Origin: Candidatus Buchananbacteria bacterium RIFCSPLOWO2_01_FULL_39_33
GTDB taxonomy: Bacteria; Patescibacteriota; Patescibacteriia; 2-01-FULL-39-33
Length of the DNA: 64,000 nt
Direction of reading: 5' to 3'
Assembly: GCA_001817505.1 (NCBI GenBank)
Contig: MHIM01000004.1
Span: forward strand, 6,953-70,952
A model generated the notes under the pieces. That model was not told where the DNA came from. It searched no databases and saw only the letters and a program-made list of their open reading frames with translations. The position numbers and the translations under genes are program-made. Below, in pieces: positions 1 to 9,587 of this stretch; position 1 is the stretch's first letter, and the number at the start of each line of letters is the position of its first letter.

Positions 1-30
1 GACTTTCTTGTCGAGCGTAGTGATCGCCAT
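1..30 (-). CDS. 5' end of a gene running off the window (MAITTLDKKV...)
   Basis: ATG at 30 preceded by AGGAG SD; follows 80..811 in the same orientation. Confidence 0.5.
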   Translation of the reverse strand, partial: MAITTLDKKV

Positions 31-79
31 TGTTTTTTCTCCTGGTGTTGGTTGTTGGTTTTTTGATTGGAGATGAAAA

Positions 80-811
80 TTACATCAAATCAGTCACATC
101 AACTGACGGCTCAAACGGTTCAAGCAGGAACAAACCGCCAGAACCCTTGGCTTCGCCTTTCCTGGCATCCAAAAAAACCAGCCAGTGTCCGCCATCTTTT
201 TCTTTTGAAGTCACAAAATACATCAGGTCACCGGAATTAACACAACTATCTTCACCTTCAACTTCGGCATTAAAGGCACCAATATCAACCACTTCCCAGA
301 TCACACCTGGAGTAAGATTTTTGGGCAAAGAGTAGGGTACCGGATTGGTTTGACCATTTTCTTTGAATACTCTGGCCGGTCCAGGCGACTCATCGCTGCC
401 CTTATAAAAAGAAAGTAAGCTTGGTGTATAAATTTTTTCGCCTTTCAACCAAATTGGCTGGCCAGCTTCTTGATCGGGAATTTTAAAAATCCAAATGTCA
501 CCGGCCAAAGCTAAGGCCTTAGAAATTACACCAGTTCTGCTCCAAGGTTCACTGGACTGATGTTTAAACATTTCATTTAAAGTAATTGAGGCCCTAATAG
601 CTCTTTCCGGTTCGCCGATTAGAGTCATCGTTTGATCGGGTAAGGCCTGACATAATTGCGTCTTTTTATCCAAAGATGGAGTTTCAACCAACACACTGCT
701 TTGAGCAATATTAGCATCCCGGTTAATAACAGGAAAATTTCTAAATTTAAAAAACCAAATCAAACCCGCTACCCCCAATAAAATAATCAGAACTCCTAAG
801 GCAATATCCAT
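80..811 (-). CDS. hypothetical single-pass membrane protein
   Basis: 243-aa ORF, N-terminal hydrophobic helix, AAGGAG SD. Confidence 0.7.
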   Translation of the reverse strand: MDIALGVLIILLGVAGLIWFFKFRNFPVINRDANIAQSSVLVETPSLDKKTQLCQALPDQTMTLIGEPERAIRASITLNEMFKHQSSEPWSRTGVISKALALAGDIWIFKIPDQEAGQPIWLKGEKIYTPSLLSFYKGSDESPGPARVFKENGQTNPVPYSLPKNLTPGVIWEVVDIGAFNAEVEGEDSCVNSGDLMYFVTSKEKDGGHWLVFLDARKGEAKGSGGLFLLEPFEPSVDVTDLM

Positions 812-843
812 ATTATCCCTTTCTCCTTTCTGAAAGCGTGGTT

Positions 844-2676
844 TTAATAGCCATAACCGTCACTGCCACTGGAACTGCTGCCATAACCATCACCATCACT
901 GGAACTGCTGGAACTTCCGCCATAGCCGTAGCTATCACTGGAACTAATAGAATTACTTGAATCGCTAAAGCTATTATTATTATTCCAACCGCTGTCATTA
1001 GAGCTGTTTAAACTACCAGAATCAAAAGTATTGCTAAAATCATTGGCTGAGTTTTGACTCTCTTGATGGGTTCGATAAGCCCGAAGAGCCCTGTTGCCAG
1101 TGCCATCAGCTAAATTAATAGCTTCTTCAGCTTTTTGAGTGGCCAATTGGTATTCTTGGTTGTTAGCCAAGAAGCGAGCTGAAGACAAACAATCATTAGC
1201 TGAGTCAAAATCTGACTTAGCACTGGGAGAATAATCGCCATAATCGGTAATGTTGCTTTCTTCATCACTAACAGCATTTTCAGCTTGGCGTTCAATGTCG
1301 GGCCAATTTAAGCGATAACTTTCCAAACTTTCAGCTAATTGAACCAGGGCCAAAATCAAGCTCTGACCTTGATCCAAAAATTGAAGGCCGCTTTGCATTT
1401 CAATGATAGCCGTTTCGTAGGCCTGGTCTATTGAAATCAAATATTCAGCTTTAGCCAAATAATCCTTAGCTTGATAATAATTTTGATTAGCCATAGAGGC
1501 ATTATTAGCCACCGCAGACCAAGTGTTTTGGGCATGGTTATGAAGCTTGTTTTGATAGGATTTTGAATTGCTGATTCTTTTTTCCAAATCAGCAATGATC
1601 AAACGTAATCCTCCTAGACCCTTAGTTGCCTCAGTAAATAAAGCGACTTGGCAATTGGCTTCTTGGATTGCTTTGTCAGCCAAGTCCAGCGCTTTTAGGG
1701 CATCACCGTAAGCCAAGGGAAAATCATATTTATTTTCCGCCGTTAACCTTCCTAAAACGACTGACGCTTCGGCCAGTATTTTTTCCGCTTGAACGATGCT
1801 TTTAAAAGCCGTTTTAAGGGACTTGGCTGGTTTAAATGGACCTTTAGCCACTAAACCATTAAGATAATCAGAAGCAATAGCAATTTTTTGTTGCGAGGAA
1901 TCAATGGTAACGCCGGCTTTGTCCGTCGCTGCACGATAAAAATTAAAATTCTTCATAACTTCATCAACAGCCGATTCAACCGCAGTTAAATTTTCCTTGG
2001 CCGTTTTCAACAATTCCATAGCAGTACTAGGATCACCCAAGCGCTCCAAATTGCTCTCAACCGGCAGAAGATTGGAAGCGTCTTGGCACTCCATTACAAT
2101 TTCAGCCAAGTCATTTTTGGCTTGAATTAATATTTTTTCGTTAAACGCGGTATATTTAGAAAGGTAATCAGGTCCTTCATTAGTTAAGCGTTTTTCGGCT
2201 AAGGCCTGATAAGAAATTGCATCAGGTATAAGCACTTTAACTTGAGCCAATTCTTGGCGGGCATCGGCAGTCATTTTTTCAAAAGCTACCAATTGGTTTT
2301 GCGCTTGAACCAGATCATCAGAAACTGTTTTAATCAAGTCCTTAGCTTTATCAGCATGGGCCCGTTTTTCTTTTGAACTGCCGGCATTTTCTGCCGCCTT
2401 GATTTCACTTTCGGCCTGAACGGATTTCTCCTGGCAAGAGGAAAGTAAAACAGTAATCGGCAAAGTATATTCTTGCTTATACCAATTAAGCGTGACTTGG
2501 AAATTGGAATTGAATTGCTTCAATTCCTTAACTTCGCTGGCTACCAACTGCTTAGCAACGATCAGCGACTTTTCAGCTCTTCGCCCCGGCGAAGAAAAAA
2601 TAAGCCAGCTACCAAAGATTACAGCCGTTATTGAGATGACCGCTAAAACCTTGCTATTGACCTTAAATTTTTCCAT
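844..2676 (-). CDS. membrane-anchored long helical/coiled-coil protein with Ser/Gly/Asp-rich tail
   Basis: 610 aa, N-terminal TM, Ala/Leu/Gln/Lys-rich helices, C-terminal SSSSSDGDGYG low-complexity tail, AAGGAG SD. Confidence 0.75.
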   Translation of the reverse strand: MEKFKVNSKVLAVISITAVIFGSWLIFSSPGRRAEKSLIVAKQLVASEVKELKQFNSNFQVTLNWYKQEYTLPITVLLSSCQEKSVQAESEIKAAENAGSSKEKRAHADKAKDLIKTVSDDLVQAQNQLVAFEKMTADARQELAQVKVLIPDAISYQALAEKRLTNEGPDYLSKYTAFNEKILIQAKNDLAEIVMECQDASNLLPVESNLERLGDPSTAMELLKTAKENLTAVESAVDEVMKNFNFYRAATDKAGVTIDSSQQKIAIASDYLNGLVAKGPFKPAKSLKTAFKSIVQAEKILAEASVVLGRLTAENKYDFPLAYGDALKALDLADKAIQEANCQVALFTEATKGLGGLRLIIADLEKRISNSKSYQNKLHNHAQNTWSAVANNASMANQNYYQAKDYLAKAEYLISIDQAYETAIIEMQSGLQFLDQGQSLILALVQLAESLESYRLNWPDIERQAENAVSDEESNITDYGDYSPSAKSDFDSANDCLSSARFLANNQEYQLATQKAEEAINLADGTGNRALRAYRTHQESQNSANDFSNTFDSGSLNSSNDSGWNNNNSFSDSSNSISSSDSYGYGGSSSSSSDGDGYGSSSSGSDGYGY

Positions 2677-2826
2677 TCCCTGATCTCCTTCTGTTGTTTG
2701 TTTTTTTCTGTTTTAATTGTCAATGGACGTTGCAAATGCCTACATTTCCAATGGAAAATAGGACACTTCATATTATAACAAAATTCTGTAAAAGTCAATC
2801 TTTTTGATTTGAGGTTTTAATAAAAT

Positions 2827-2850
2827 AAAAAAACTCCCTGAAAGGAGTTT
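2827..2850 (-). terminator. intrinsic terminator downstream of tRNA-Lys
   Basis: aaaaaactccctgaaaggagtttt hairpin giving a U-tract on the minus strand. Confidence 0.55.
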
Positions 2851-2936
2851 TGCAATCTTCACAAATCGCCAACGGCAACTTGGCGATTTGTTTCGTCCTG
2901 GGTGGCCGCCAATCCTCCCGCTTTGTCGTATAATCT

Positions 2937-3012
2937 TGGTGCGCCCAGCAGGACTCGAACCTGCGACCATCAGCTTAAAAGGCTGTTGCTCTACCGACTG
3001 AGCTATAAGCGC
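2937..3012 (-). tRNA. tRNA-Lys(TTT)
   Basis: GCGCTTATAGCTCAGTCGGTAGAGCA...CT-TTT-AA...GGTTCGAGTCC...GGGCGCACCA cloverleaf with encoded CCA. Confidence 0.95.
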
Positions 3013-3047
3013 ATATATTACTTTCTTAATTGTAACTTGATTTAAAT

Positions 3048-3093
3048 TGTTTTTATCCGACTGGGCCCTGCCTGCGCAGGCAAGTATAGGCGC
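3048..3093 (-). pseudogene. degenerate tRNA 5' half interrupted by an 18-bp palindromic element
   Basis: GCGCCTATA[CTTGCCTGCGCAGGCAGG]GCCCAGTCGGATAAAAACA resembles an acceptor 5' strand plus D-arm. Confidence 0.5.
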
Positions 3094-3229
3094 CTGTTTT
3101 ATTCTAACTTTAATTGCTGAATTATTTTATAACATTTGCCGAAATTATAACACATAAAATTATTTTTGACAATTATTTTTGACAATAATTAAAGCTTATG
3201 CCAAAGCATAAGCTTTATATCTCACTTTA

Positions 3230-3466
3230 CTACTTGGGATAAGTCCGTACAATTATATAACCACGTATAATTGCCATCAATATCACACCAGCAACACCAA
3301 ACATTAATTGAAAGATAGCTATAACTATCCCGAACAATAACAGGTCGTCATCTGAAATTTTTTCCGGATAAATTGAAAAACCAACTACCAAATATATCCA
3401 GGTGGGTATCAACACTGTCATTACAATTGACAAATAGACAATGAATTTCAGGGTTCTGTTTGACAT
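3230..3466 (-). CDS. small two-TM membrane protein
   Basis: 78 aa, two hydrophobic helices, GAAAGGA SD. Confidence 0.65.
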   Translation of the reverse strand: MSNRTLKFIVYLSIVMTVLIPTWIYLVVGFSIYPEKISDDDLLLFGIVIAIFQLMFGVAGVILMAIIRGYIIVRTYPK

Positions 3467-3656
3467 TATACCATCCTTTCTTCCTATACTTTCCTAAAAA
3501 AGGTCCTGCCAAAAGATTAGCAATTTACTAGTCATTTGTCAATAAGTTGGTAGCTCGCTAAGCAACTTATTTAGATAGAATAAAGTGTATAAAACCTGTG
3601 CTTGTTTTTAAAATAGTTATTAGTTAAAATGGACTAATAATTATCCTTTAATTCCT

Positions 3657-5057
3657 ATGCCTGATATCGTGTCTAATTCTTTGGCCAAGTTGCCGCCGCA
3701 AAATATTGAGGCGGAGCAATCGCTGATCGGCGCCATTTTAATTGATAAGGATGCCATCATCAAAATAGCTGATATGCTTTCTCCCAATGATTTTTATCGT
3801 GAAGCGCATGCCGCCTTATATGGAACTATTCTGGAATTATTTGAAAAGAAAGAAGCTATAGATATTTTAAGTTTAACTAGCCGGTTGGAAGAAAAAAAGA
3901 AACTGGAAGCCATTGGCGGCCGCAGTTATCTGGTAACCCTCACCAACCAAACGCCGTCAGCCGCCCACGTGGTTTCTTACGCCCAAATCATCCAAAAAAA
4001 AGCAACCTTAAGACGGTTGATTTCCGCCGCCAATAATATCCTGGAATTGGGTTACCATGAAGAAAAAGAAGTTAATGATATTTTGGACAAAGCCGAACAG
4101 TCGGTTTTTGCCGTTTCCCAGCAATTTTTAAAAGAAAAATTCATTCCTATTCAGGATGTTTTGTCGGCCGCTTTTGACAGAATTGATCAATTGCATCGGG
4201 AAAAAGGCAAATTAAGGGGCTTGCCGACCGGCTATTCTGACTTGGATAATCTTTTGGCTGGCTTTCAAAAATCGGATCTAATCGTCTTGGCCGCCCGGCC
4301 TTCGGTCGGCAAAACCTCACTAGCTTTAGATATCGCCAGGCACGTGGCTATCAAAGCCAAGAAATCAATCGGCATCTTTTCTTTGGAAATGTCCAAAGAA
4401 CAGCTGGTTGACCGCTTGATCTGCGCCCAAGCCGGAGTTGGCCTATGGAAAATGAGAACCGGCCGATTATCGGAAACAACCGATGACTTCCCAAAAATCG
4501 GTCAGGCCATGAGTGAACTTTCCGAAAGCCGTATTTATATTGATGATTTTGCCAATACTAATGTCATGGAACTGCGTACTAAAGCCCGGCGCCTGCAAAT
4601 GGAACACGGGCTGGATATGGTTATAATTGATTACTTGCAATTAATGGAAGGTAGCGGCCGCAAATCCAGCTTTGAAAATCGCGTCCAAGAAATTGCCGAG
4701 ATTTCCCGCGCTTTAAAAGGCCTAGCCAGGGAATTGGACATACCGGTTTTGGCCTTATCCCAGCTTTCTCGGGCCGTTGAACAAGCCAGTCCGGCCATAC
4801 CAAAATTATCGCATCTAAGAGAATCGGGCTCTATTGAACAGGATGCTGATGTGGTGATGTTCATTTATCGCAAAGCCGCCGACCGGAGTTTTGATATCAA
4901 CTCGCTGACTGAAGAGGAAAAAAATTCGGCTGAGATTTATATCGCCAAGCACCGCAATGGTCCGACCGGCCAAGTTAAACTGTATTTTCAAAGCGATTTA
5001 GTCAGTTTTAGGACATTAGAAACTAAACGTCAAGTGACTGAAAACCCGGAGATGTAG
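3657..5057 (+). CDS. dnaB: replicative DNA helicase
   Basis: PPQNIEAEQS, AARPSVGKT Walker A, IIDYLQLM, LRESGSIEQDAD, KHRNGPTG. Confidence 0.98.
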   Translation: MPDIVSNSLAKLPPQNIEAEQSLIGAILIDKDAIIKIADMLSPNDFYREAHAALYGTILELFEKKEAIDILSLTSRLEEKKKLEAIGGRSYLVTLTNQTPSAAHVVSYAQIIQKKATLRRLISAANNILELGYHEEKEVNDILDKAEQSVFAVSQQFLKEKFIPIQDVLSAAFDRIDQLHREKGKLRGLPTGYSDLDNLLAGFQKSDLIVLAARPSVGKTSLALDIARHVAIKAKKSIGIFSLEMSKEQLVDRLICAQAGVGLWKMRTGRLSETTDDFPKIGQAMSELSESRIYIDDFANTNVMELRTKARRLQMEHGLDMVIIDYLQLMEGSGRKSSFENRVQEIAEISRALKGLARELDIPVLALSQLSRAVEQASPAIPKLSHLRESGSIEQDADVVMFIYRKAADRSFDINSLTEEEKNSAEIYIAKHRNGPTGQVKLYFQSDLVSFRTLETKRQVTENPEM

Positions 5058-5078
5058 ATAACAAAGCTAACAATTAAC

Positions 5079-5194
5079 AAATTCTAAATATTAATATCGA
5101 AATATTGAACAAATCATAAATTAGAAACTCTAAATATTTTTAAAATTTAAGATTTGAAATTTGTTTCTAATTTGAGATTTCGAATTTAAGATTT
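5079..5194. repeat. AT-rich heptamer-periodic imperfect inverted repeat
   Basis: aaattctaaat...atcgaaat...aaattagaaac arm versus gtttctaatttgagatttcgaattt arm. Confidence 0.5.
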
Positions 5195-5242
5195 ATATTA
5201 TTAATTATTATTTTTTTATTTTATTATTTATTATTAACATTT

Positions 5243-5527
5243 ATGTTCAACAAACTTAAGCAGATACAAGAATTAAAATCCCAGGCCAACCAAATAAAAA
5301 AAGCCCTTTCAGCAGAAACAGTTGAAGGTTCTGGCGGCTGGGGCAAAATCAAAATAACCATGGACGGTAATCAGGAAATTAAAAAAGTTGAAATAAACGA
5401 TGAGCTTTTAAAAGATAAAGTTAAATTGGAAAGCGCTGTTTTGGAAGCGGCCAATGACGCCATCAAAAAGGTTCAAAGGGTGATGGCGCAGAAAATGTCG
5501 CAGTTTGGCGGTTTGTCTGGATTATAA
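5243..5527 (+). CDS. ybaB: YbaB/EbfC family nucleoid-associated protein
   Basis: VEGSGGWGKIKITMDGNQEI...AANDAIKK; lies upstream of recR. Confidence 0.9.
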   Translation: MFNKLKQIQELKSQANQIKKALSAETVEGSGGWGKIKITMDGNQEIKKVEINDELLKDKVKLESAVLEAANDAIKKVQRVMAQKMSQFGGLSGL

Positions 5528-5532
5528 AAATG

Positions 5533-6136
5533 AAAAGAGCCCCCACCTACTTATTGTTCGGTGAGGGCTGGACGCCGCCGACGGGTGTTACCCGAAGCGA
5601 CATCGGGCTTTTAGGAAGGAGTGCCGGCAGATGAAAGCCGGGAGCGGGCAGGAGAAGCGAGAAATTCATATCCCGTCCCCTGTATGTTACAGAATCAAGC
5701 GAGCCGATTGCCACTTGTTCATCTGCATGCTTGCAGCAGATCGGTTATGTCCGACGCTCAATTCCTGGCCTACTGGCTTGATACACAGACCAAACCAGAT
5801 TCCCGCCCAGCGAACTGTTCAGCCCGCCGGCACTCCAAGCTCCAAAGGAACTGGCACACTACAGTAGTGTGCCACGACCGCGAAAATTAAAATTTCGCAT
5901 ACCTGGGATTACCTCCCGGTTGGTCGCCGCCACATTAATTACAGATCAGCGGCGAGGACTGCGGTTTCAATAGCCCACCAGAGCAAAGCACCAGGCACCG
6001 GGGCGAGAGGCACCAGGCACTTAAGGAGAGAACTACACATACCCGACTGGATATTTCATCCGCACGGGTACCTCCTTTCTTTTCCCTGTTCAACTTAATA
6101 TGTATGTTCGGAGGTTGATCTTTCGCAACCTCTCTG
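5533..6136 (-). ncRNA. candidate ~600-nt GC-rich structured transcript (ncRNA or micropeptide mRNA)
   Basis: consensus promoter at 6143-6171, terminator-like hairpin at 5533-5569, GC clearly above flanks, several hairpins, no convincing long ORF. Confidence 0.4.
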
Positions 6137-6142
6137 TGAGAC

Positions 6143-6171
6143 ATTATATCACACCCATGTTTTTTTGTCAA
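6143..6171 (-). promoter_or_regulatory. sigma70 consensus promoter TTGACA-17bp-TATAAT with extended TG
   Basis: minus strand TTGACAaaaaaacatgggtgTGaTATAAT. Confidence 0.75.
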
Positions 6172-6229
6172 TGCCACTTTGTTAAAAACTATCAAAAATG
6201 ACTAAAATTAGATAAAAATTAGATAAAAA

Positions 6230-6829
6230 ATGAAATATCCTTTAATAATTCAAAACCTAATAGACCAATTTTCCAAATTACCAAGCGTCGGACCTAAAAG
6301 CGCCGAGCGTTTGGTCTTTCATCTGCTTTATCAGCCGCAAAGTGAGTTGCATGAATTTAGTCACGCTATAGACCATTTGAAAAGCAGCATTAAACAATGC
6401 CGGCTATGTTTTAATTTTTCCGAAAGTGATCCCTGCTACATCTGTAATAACAGCCAAAGGGATAAAACCCTGATCTGTGTGGTCGCTAAACCTCAAGATA
6501 TGGCCATCATAGAAAAAACCGGGTCATTTAACGGTACTTATCATATACTTGGCGGCAATATCAACCCTTTGGAAAACATCTCTCCGCACAATATAAAAAT
6601 AAAAGAACTGCTGTTGAGAATAAAAAACGACAGTATTAAAGAAATTATTTTAGCCCTCAATCCCGATATGAACGGTGAAACCACCTCGCTTTATCTCTTA
6701 AAGCTAATAAAACAATTCCCCAAGATTAAAATTACCCGGTTGGCCAGGGGTTTGCCAATGGGCGCCGATTTGGAATACGCCGATGAAGTGACCTTGGAAA
6801 ACGCGCTTAAAGATAGGAAAGAGTTATAA
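6230..6829 (+). CDS. recR: recombination mediator RecR
   Basis: LPSVGPKSAERL, C4 zinc finger, Toprim EIILALNP, RLARGLPMGADLEYAD. Confidence 0.97.
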   Translation: MKYPLIIQNLIDQFSKLPSVGPKSAERLVFHLLYQPQSELHEFSHAIDHLKSSIKQCRLCFNFSESDPCYICNNSQRDKTLICVVAKPQDMAIIEKTGSFNGTYHILGGNINPLENISPHNIKIKELLLRIKNDSIKEIILALNPDMNGETTSLYLLKLIKQFPKIKITRLARGLPMGADLEYADEVTLENALKDRKEL

Positions 6830-6859
6830 AAAAAATCCGCTGTTATAGCGGATTTTTTT
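6828..6859. terminator. bidirectional terminator between recR and rplU
   Basis: aaaaaaatccgc-tgttata-gcggattttttt. Confidence 0.75.
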
Positions 6860-7160
6860 AGATCTTGATAATTTCTATTTCATTGAATTCCTGGCGATGG
6901 CCGAATTTTTTAGCTTGCCTGGTCTTAGGTTTATATTTGACGCCCCGAACTTTATCGCTCCGATCCAATCTTAAAATAGTGCCCTCAACTTTATCAGCTA
7001 AAGTCGGCAGGCCGATTTCTACCTTCTCACCGTCAGCAATAAGCAAGGTGTCAAATTTTACTTTTTGGCCGACTGCGATGTTAAGCTTCTCAACCTTAAT
7101 CTTATCTTTGGCTTTAACCACATATTGCTTGCCGCCGGTTTTAATAACTGCCATTTTCAT
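6858..7160 (-). CDS. rplU: 50S ribosomal protein L21
   Basis: AVIKTGGKQY...KKFGHRQ. Confidence 0.97.
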   Translation of the reverse strand: MKMAVIKTGGKQYVVKAKDKIKVEKLNIAVGQKVKFDTLLIADGEKVEIGLPTLADKVEGTILRLDRSDKVRGVKYKPKTRQAKKFGHRQEFNEIEIIKI

Positions 7161-7286
7161 AATTTCACTGGAAAATATAATTTAAAATAACCATTTCATC
7201 TTACCTTATTTTAACCTGATTGTCAAACGCCAGCCATCCCATTTTAACCTGACTCCCAAAAGAGAGAGATTTTCCTTAATAATAAA

Positions 7287-7766
7287 TTAAATATCAAAGT
7301 CAACCTTATCACCCACTCTAATCCCATACTTTTCCACCAAACCGGCATTGATTTCTAAGACATAATTAACAAAGGCCCTGGGTTGATAAATCGGCAGATC
7401 GACCTCACCGGCAACTGGGTTGAGATTTTTTTCATAGCCCACCACCATGTCGTCTTTGATCCAAATAATATCAATGGGAAATTTCATATCTTTCATCCAG
7501 AAAGTGGGAATCAGAGACCTTTCATAAACAAATAACAAGCCATTTTTTTCTGGTAATTTTTTTCTCTGGCTTAGGCCAATAGTTTTTTCCTTGGCAGTTT
7601 TAGCTAATTCAATATTGAACTTTTGTTCGGCTATAACAACTGCCCGCTGATTGGCTGACTGGAAAAAATAATTAATCAAAAAAGATAAGACCAGCGTTAA
7701 AATGATTAATAAAAATATGATTGTAAGCCGGCTTGATAATTTTGGGTTTTTAGGTTTTGGAAACAT
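7287..7766 (-). CDS. DUF192 family protein
   Basis: GLLFVY...FWMKDMKFPIDIIWI...YVLEINAG...GIRVGD. Confidence 0.9.
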   Translation of the reverse strand: MFPKPKNPKLSSRLTIIFLLIILTLVLSFLINYFFQSANQRAVVIAEQKFNIELAKTAKEKTIGLSQRKKLPEKNGLLFVYERSLIPTFWMKDMKFPIDIIWIKDDMVVGYEKNLNPVAGEVDLPIYQPRAFVNYVLEINAGLVEKYGIRVGDKVDFDI

Positions 7767-8817
7767 CTTGAGAGGATTTTTTATAAACTACCAAAATAAT
7801 TACCGACATCAGCGCTATTAGCGCTATCAAGCCGATTAATTTGCCCAAGCTGCCACTAACCACGGCCACTAAGCCAAAAATAATAGCCAATAAATAAAGA
7901 AATAGGACGGCCTCCCGATGCTTGAAACCAGCCATCAGTAACCTGAAATGAAGATGTTTTTTATCAGCGTGGGAAAAGGGTGATTCCCGCTTGATTATTC
8001 GACTAGCCATCACCAGTAAAACATCCAAAGCAGGAATGCCGACCACTAAAAGAGTAGTAGCTATTTTAGACCCTGATATTATGGATAAAACGCCAAGCAT
8101 AAAACCCATAAAAAGACTGCCGCTTTCGCCTAAAAATATCTTAGCCGGATGCCAATTAAAAAACAAAAAACCGCTTGAGGCCCCCAAAAGCAACAAGGCC
8201 CAGATACCAGTGGCCGACAAATATAAATCCCAATCCAAACTCAATGCAAAGATCATGATGGCCGCAATAGCGGTAATACCAGCCACTAAGCCGTCCAAGC
8301 CGTCTAAGAGTTTGGTAGTGTAGATAATAGCCATCAGCCAAATAAATGAGAGCGCGCCGCCTAAAACCGGAGCCAGATAGATAATGGCATTTTCAGAAGT
8401 GCCCAAAGGATTGGTAATATAAGAAATTCTGATGCCGGCTAAAACTGTCAGACCGCTGGCTAATAATGGCCAAATTATTTGTTGCCAAGGCAAAAGGCGA
8501 TATTTATCATCAAGCGTGCCGCCAATCATAATCAGTAAACCAGCTAAAAATACAACTGCTATGAATTGATCGGAAATTTTAGAAAAATCAGCCAAGTTAT
8601 ACCAGCGGAAAATAATCAAGGGAACAAAAACTGATAAAAAAACAGCCCAGCCGCCCAAAAGCGCCACGTCTTTTTTATGAATTTTCCTATCAGCCGAAGC
8701 CGGCTGGTCTAAAATCCTAAAATGAAAAGAAATTTTAATCATTAGCGGGGCCAGCGCCAAAGACATCAGTAGACTGATTGTCAGAGCTAAAAAATAAATT
8801 GGATTGATAATGGCCAT
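7750..8817 (-). CDS. WecA/TagO-like undecaprenyl-phosphate GlcNAc-1-P transferase (MraY family)
   Basis: RKIH, LGG, GTLDD, DGLDGL, FNWHPAKIFLGESGS, HLHFRL. Confidence 0.92.
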   Translation of the reverse strand: MAIINPIYFLALTISLLMSLALAPLMIKISFHFRILDQPASADRKIHKKDVALLGGWAVFLSVFVPLIIFRWYNLADFSKISDQFIAVVFLAGLLIMIGGTLDDKYRLLPWQQIIWPLLASGLTVLAGIRISYITNPLGTSENAIIYLAPVLGGALSFIWLMAIIYTTKLLDGLDGLVAGITAIAAIMIFALSLDWDLYLSATGIWALLLLGASSGFLFFNWHPAKIFLGESGSLFMGFMLGVLSIISGSKIATTLLVVGIPALDVLLVMASRIIKRESPFSHADKKHLHFRLLMAGFKHREAVLFLYLLAIIFGLVAVVSGSLGKLIGLIALIALMSVIILVVYKKSSQDVSKT

Positions 8818-8936
8818 AAGATAATTATAATGGAAGATAGCCGCTCTGTTAAGCCAGCAACCGAGTCGCTCTCAAATCTGAAAAAAATTTTACTTAACCT
8901 AATTAAGCCCAACAAGCTAAATAAAAAATTCCAACA

Positions 8937-9359
8937 TCATCTGTTGGAATTTTCAAATATCAGATTTTTGCTTAATTTCCTGCGTATTTTTATACCCCAG
9001 CGGCTAACAACAGCCACTTGTTCCCGGGATTTTAAATAAACTAAAAATTCAACATTCCTTTTGGCGGCCCGACGCCTCAATGATAATATAAAAATCAGAA
9101 AATAAGTGCCTAAGGAATTCCAACTATCAGCAGCCTGTAAATTACGGCAATCCAATATCAAATGTTTAATGTCTCTTAGCCAAACTTTTTCCAACTTATT
9201 TTTAACAGTTGATAAGCCGACTGTCCAGTCCAGGGTCCCGCTGATAACCGCCAGACAGTCCTTATTCTCAAACAAAATTTCCACTCGCAAATCATTATCC
9301 TTGGGTTTTCTGGGCAGGAACACAGCAGGCCTCCTTTCTTTATCATTTAAAAAGAACAA
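8937..9359 (-). CDS. hypothetical protein, STAS-like
   Basis: ISGTLD...HLILDCRNLQAADS resembles a STAS fold. Confidence 0.4.
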   Translation of the reverse strand: MFFLNDKERRPAVFLPRKPKDNDLRVEILFENKDCLAVISGTLDWTVGLSTVKNKLEKVWLRDIKHLILDCRNLQAADSWNSLGTYFLIFILSLRRRAAKRNVEFLVYLKSREQVAVVSRWGIKIRRKLSKNLIFENSNR

Positions 9360-9426
9360 TCTCTATTAGTATTATACAGAAAAAATAAAATTTTTCAAGT
9401 CCGGCTAAACCGACCCGCTTGGTTTA

Positions 9427-9587
9427 TTACAAAATCTTCCTGGGTATTAAATAAATGTATAAAGCGCTGAATAAGCACAGTACAGCCATAATTATAAAAA
9501 GGACATTAAAGCCCAAAAAAGTCACTATAAATCCGCCTAAAAATGCTCCTGAATTGGTAAAAGTAAGATTCTTAAAGCCTGGTTCAT
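9427..9587 (-). pseudogene. internally deleted, frameshifted MFS-like transporter remnant
   Basis: MNQALRILL start joined out of frame to GAFLGGFIVTFLGFNVLFIIMAVLCLFSALYIYLIPRKIL*. Confidence 0.5.

Noticed and set aside
2773-2970. 65-aa ORF
   Set aside because: Overlaps tRNA-Lys and its terminator.
5621-6195. ORFs 5621..5890, 5631..5867 and 5935..6195 as proteins
   Set aside because: Overlapping, no recognisable motifs, atypical composition; 5935..6195 starts upstream of the promoter.
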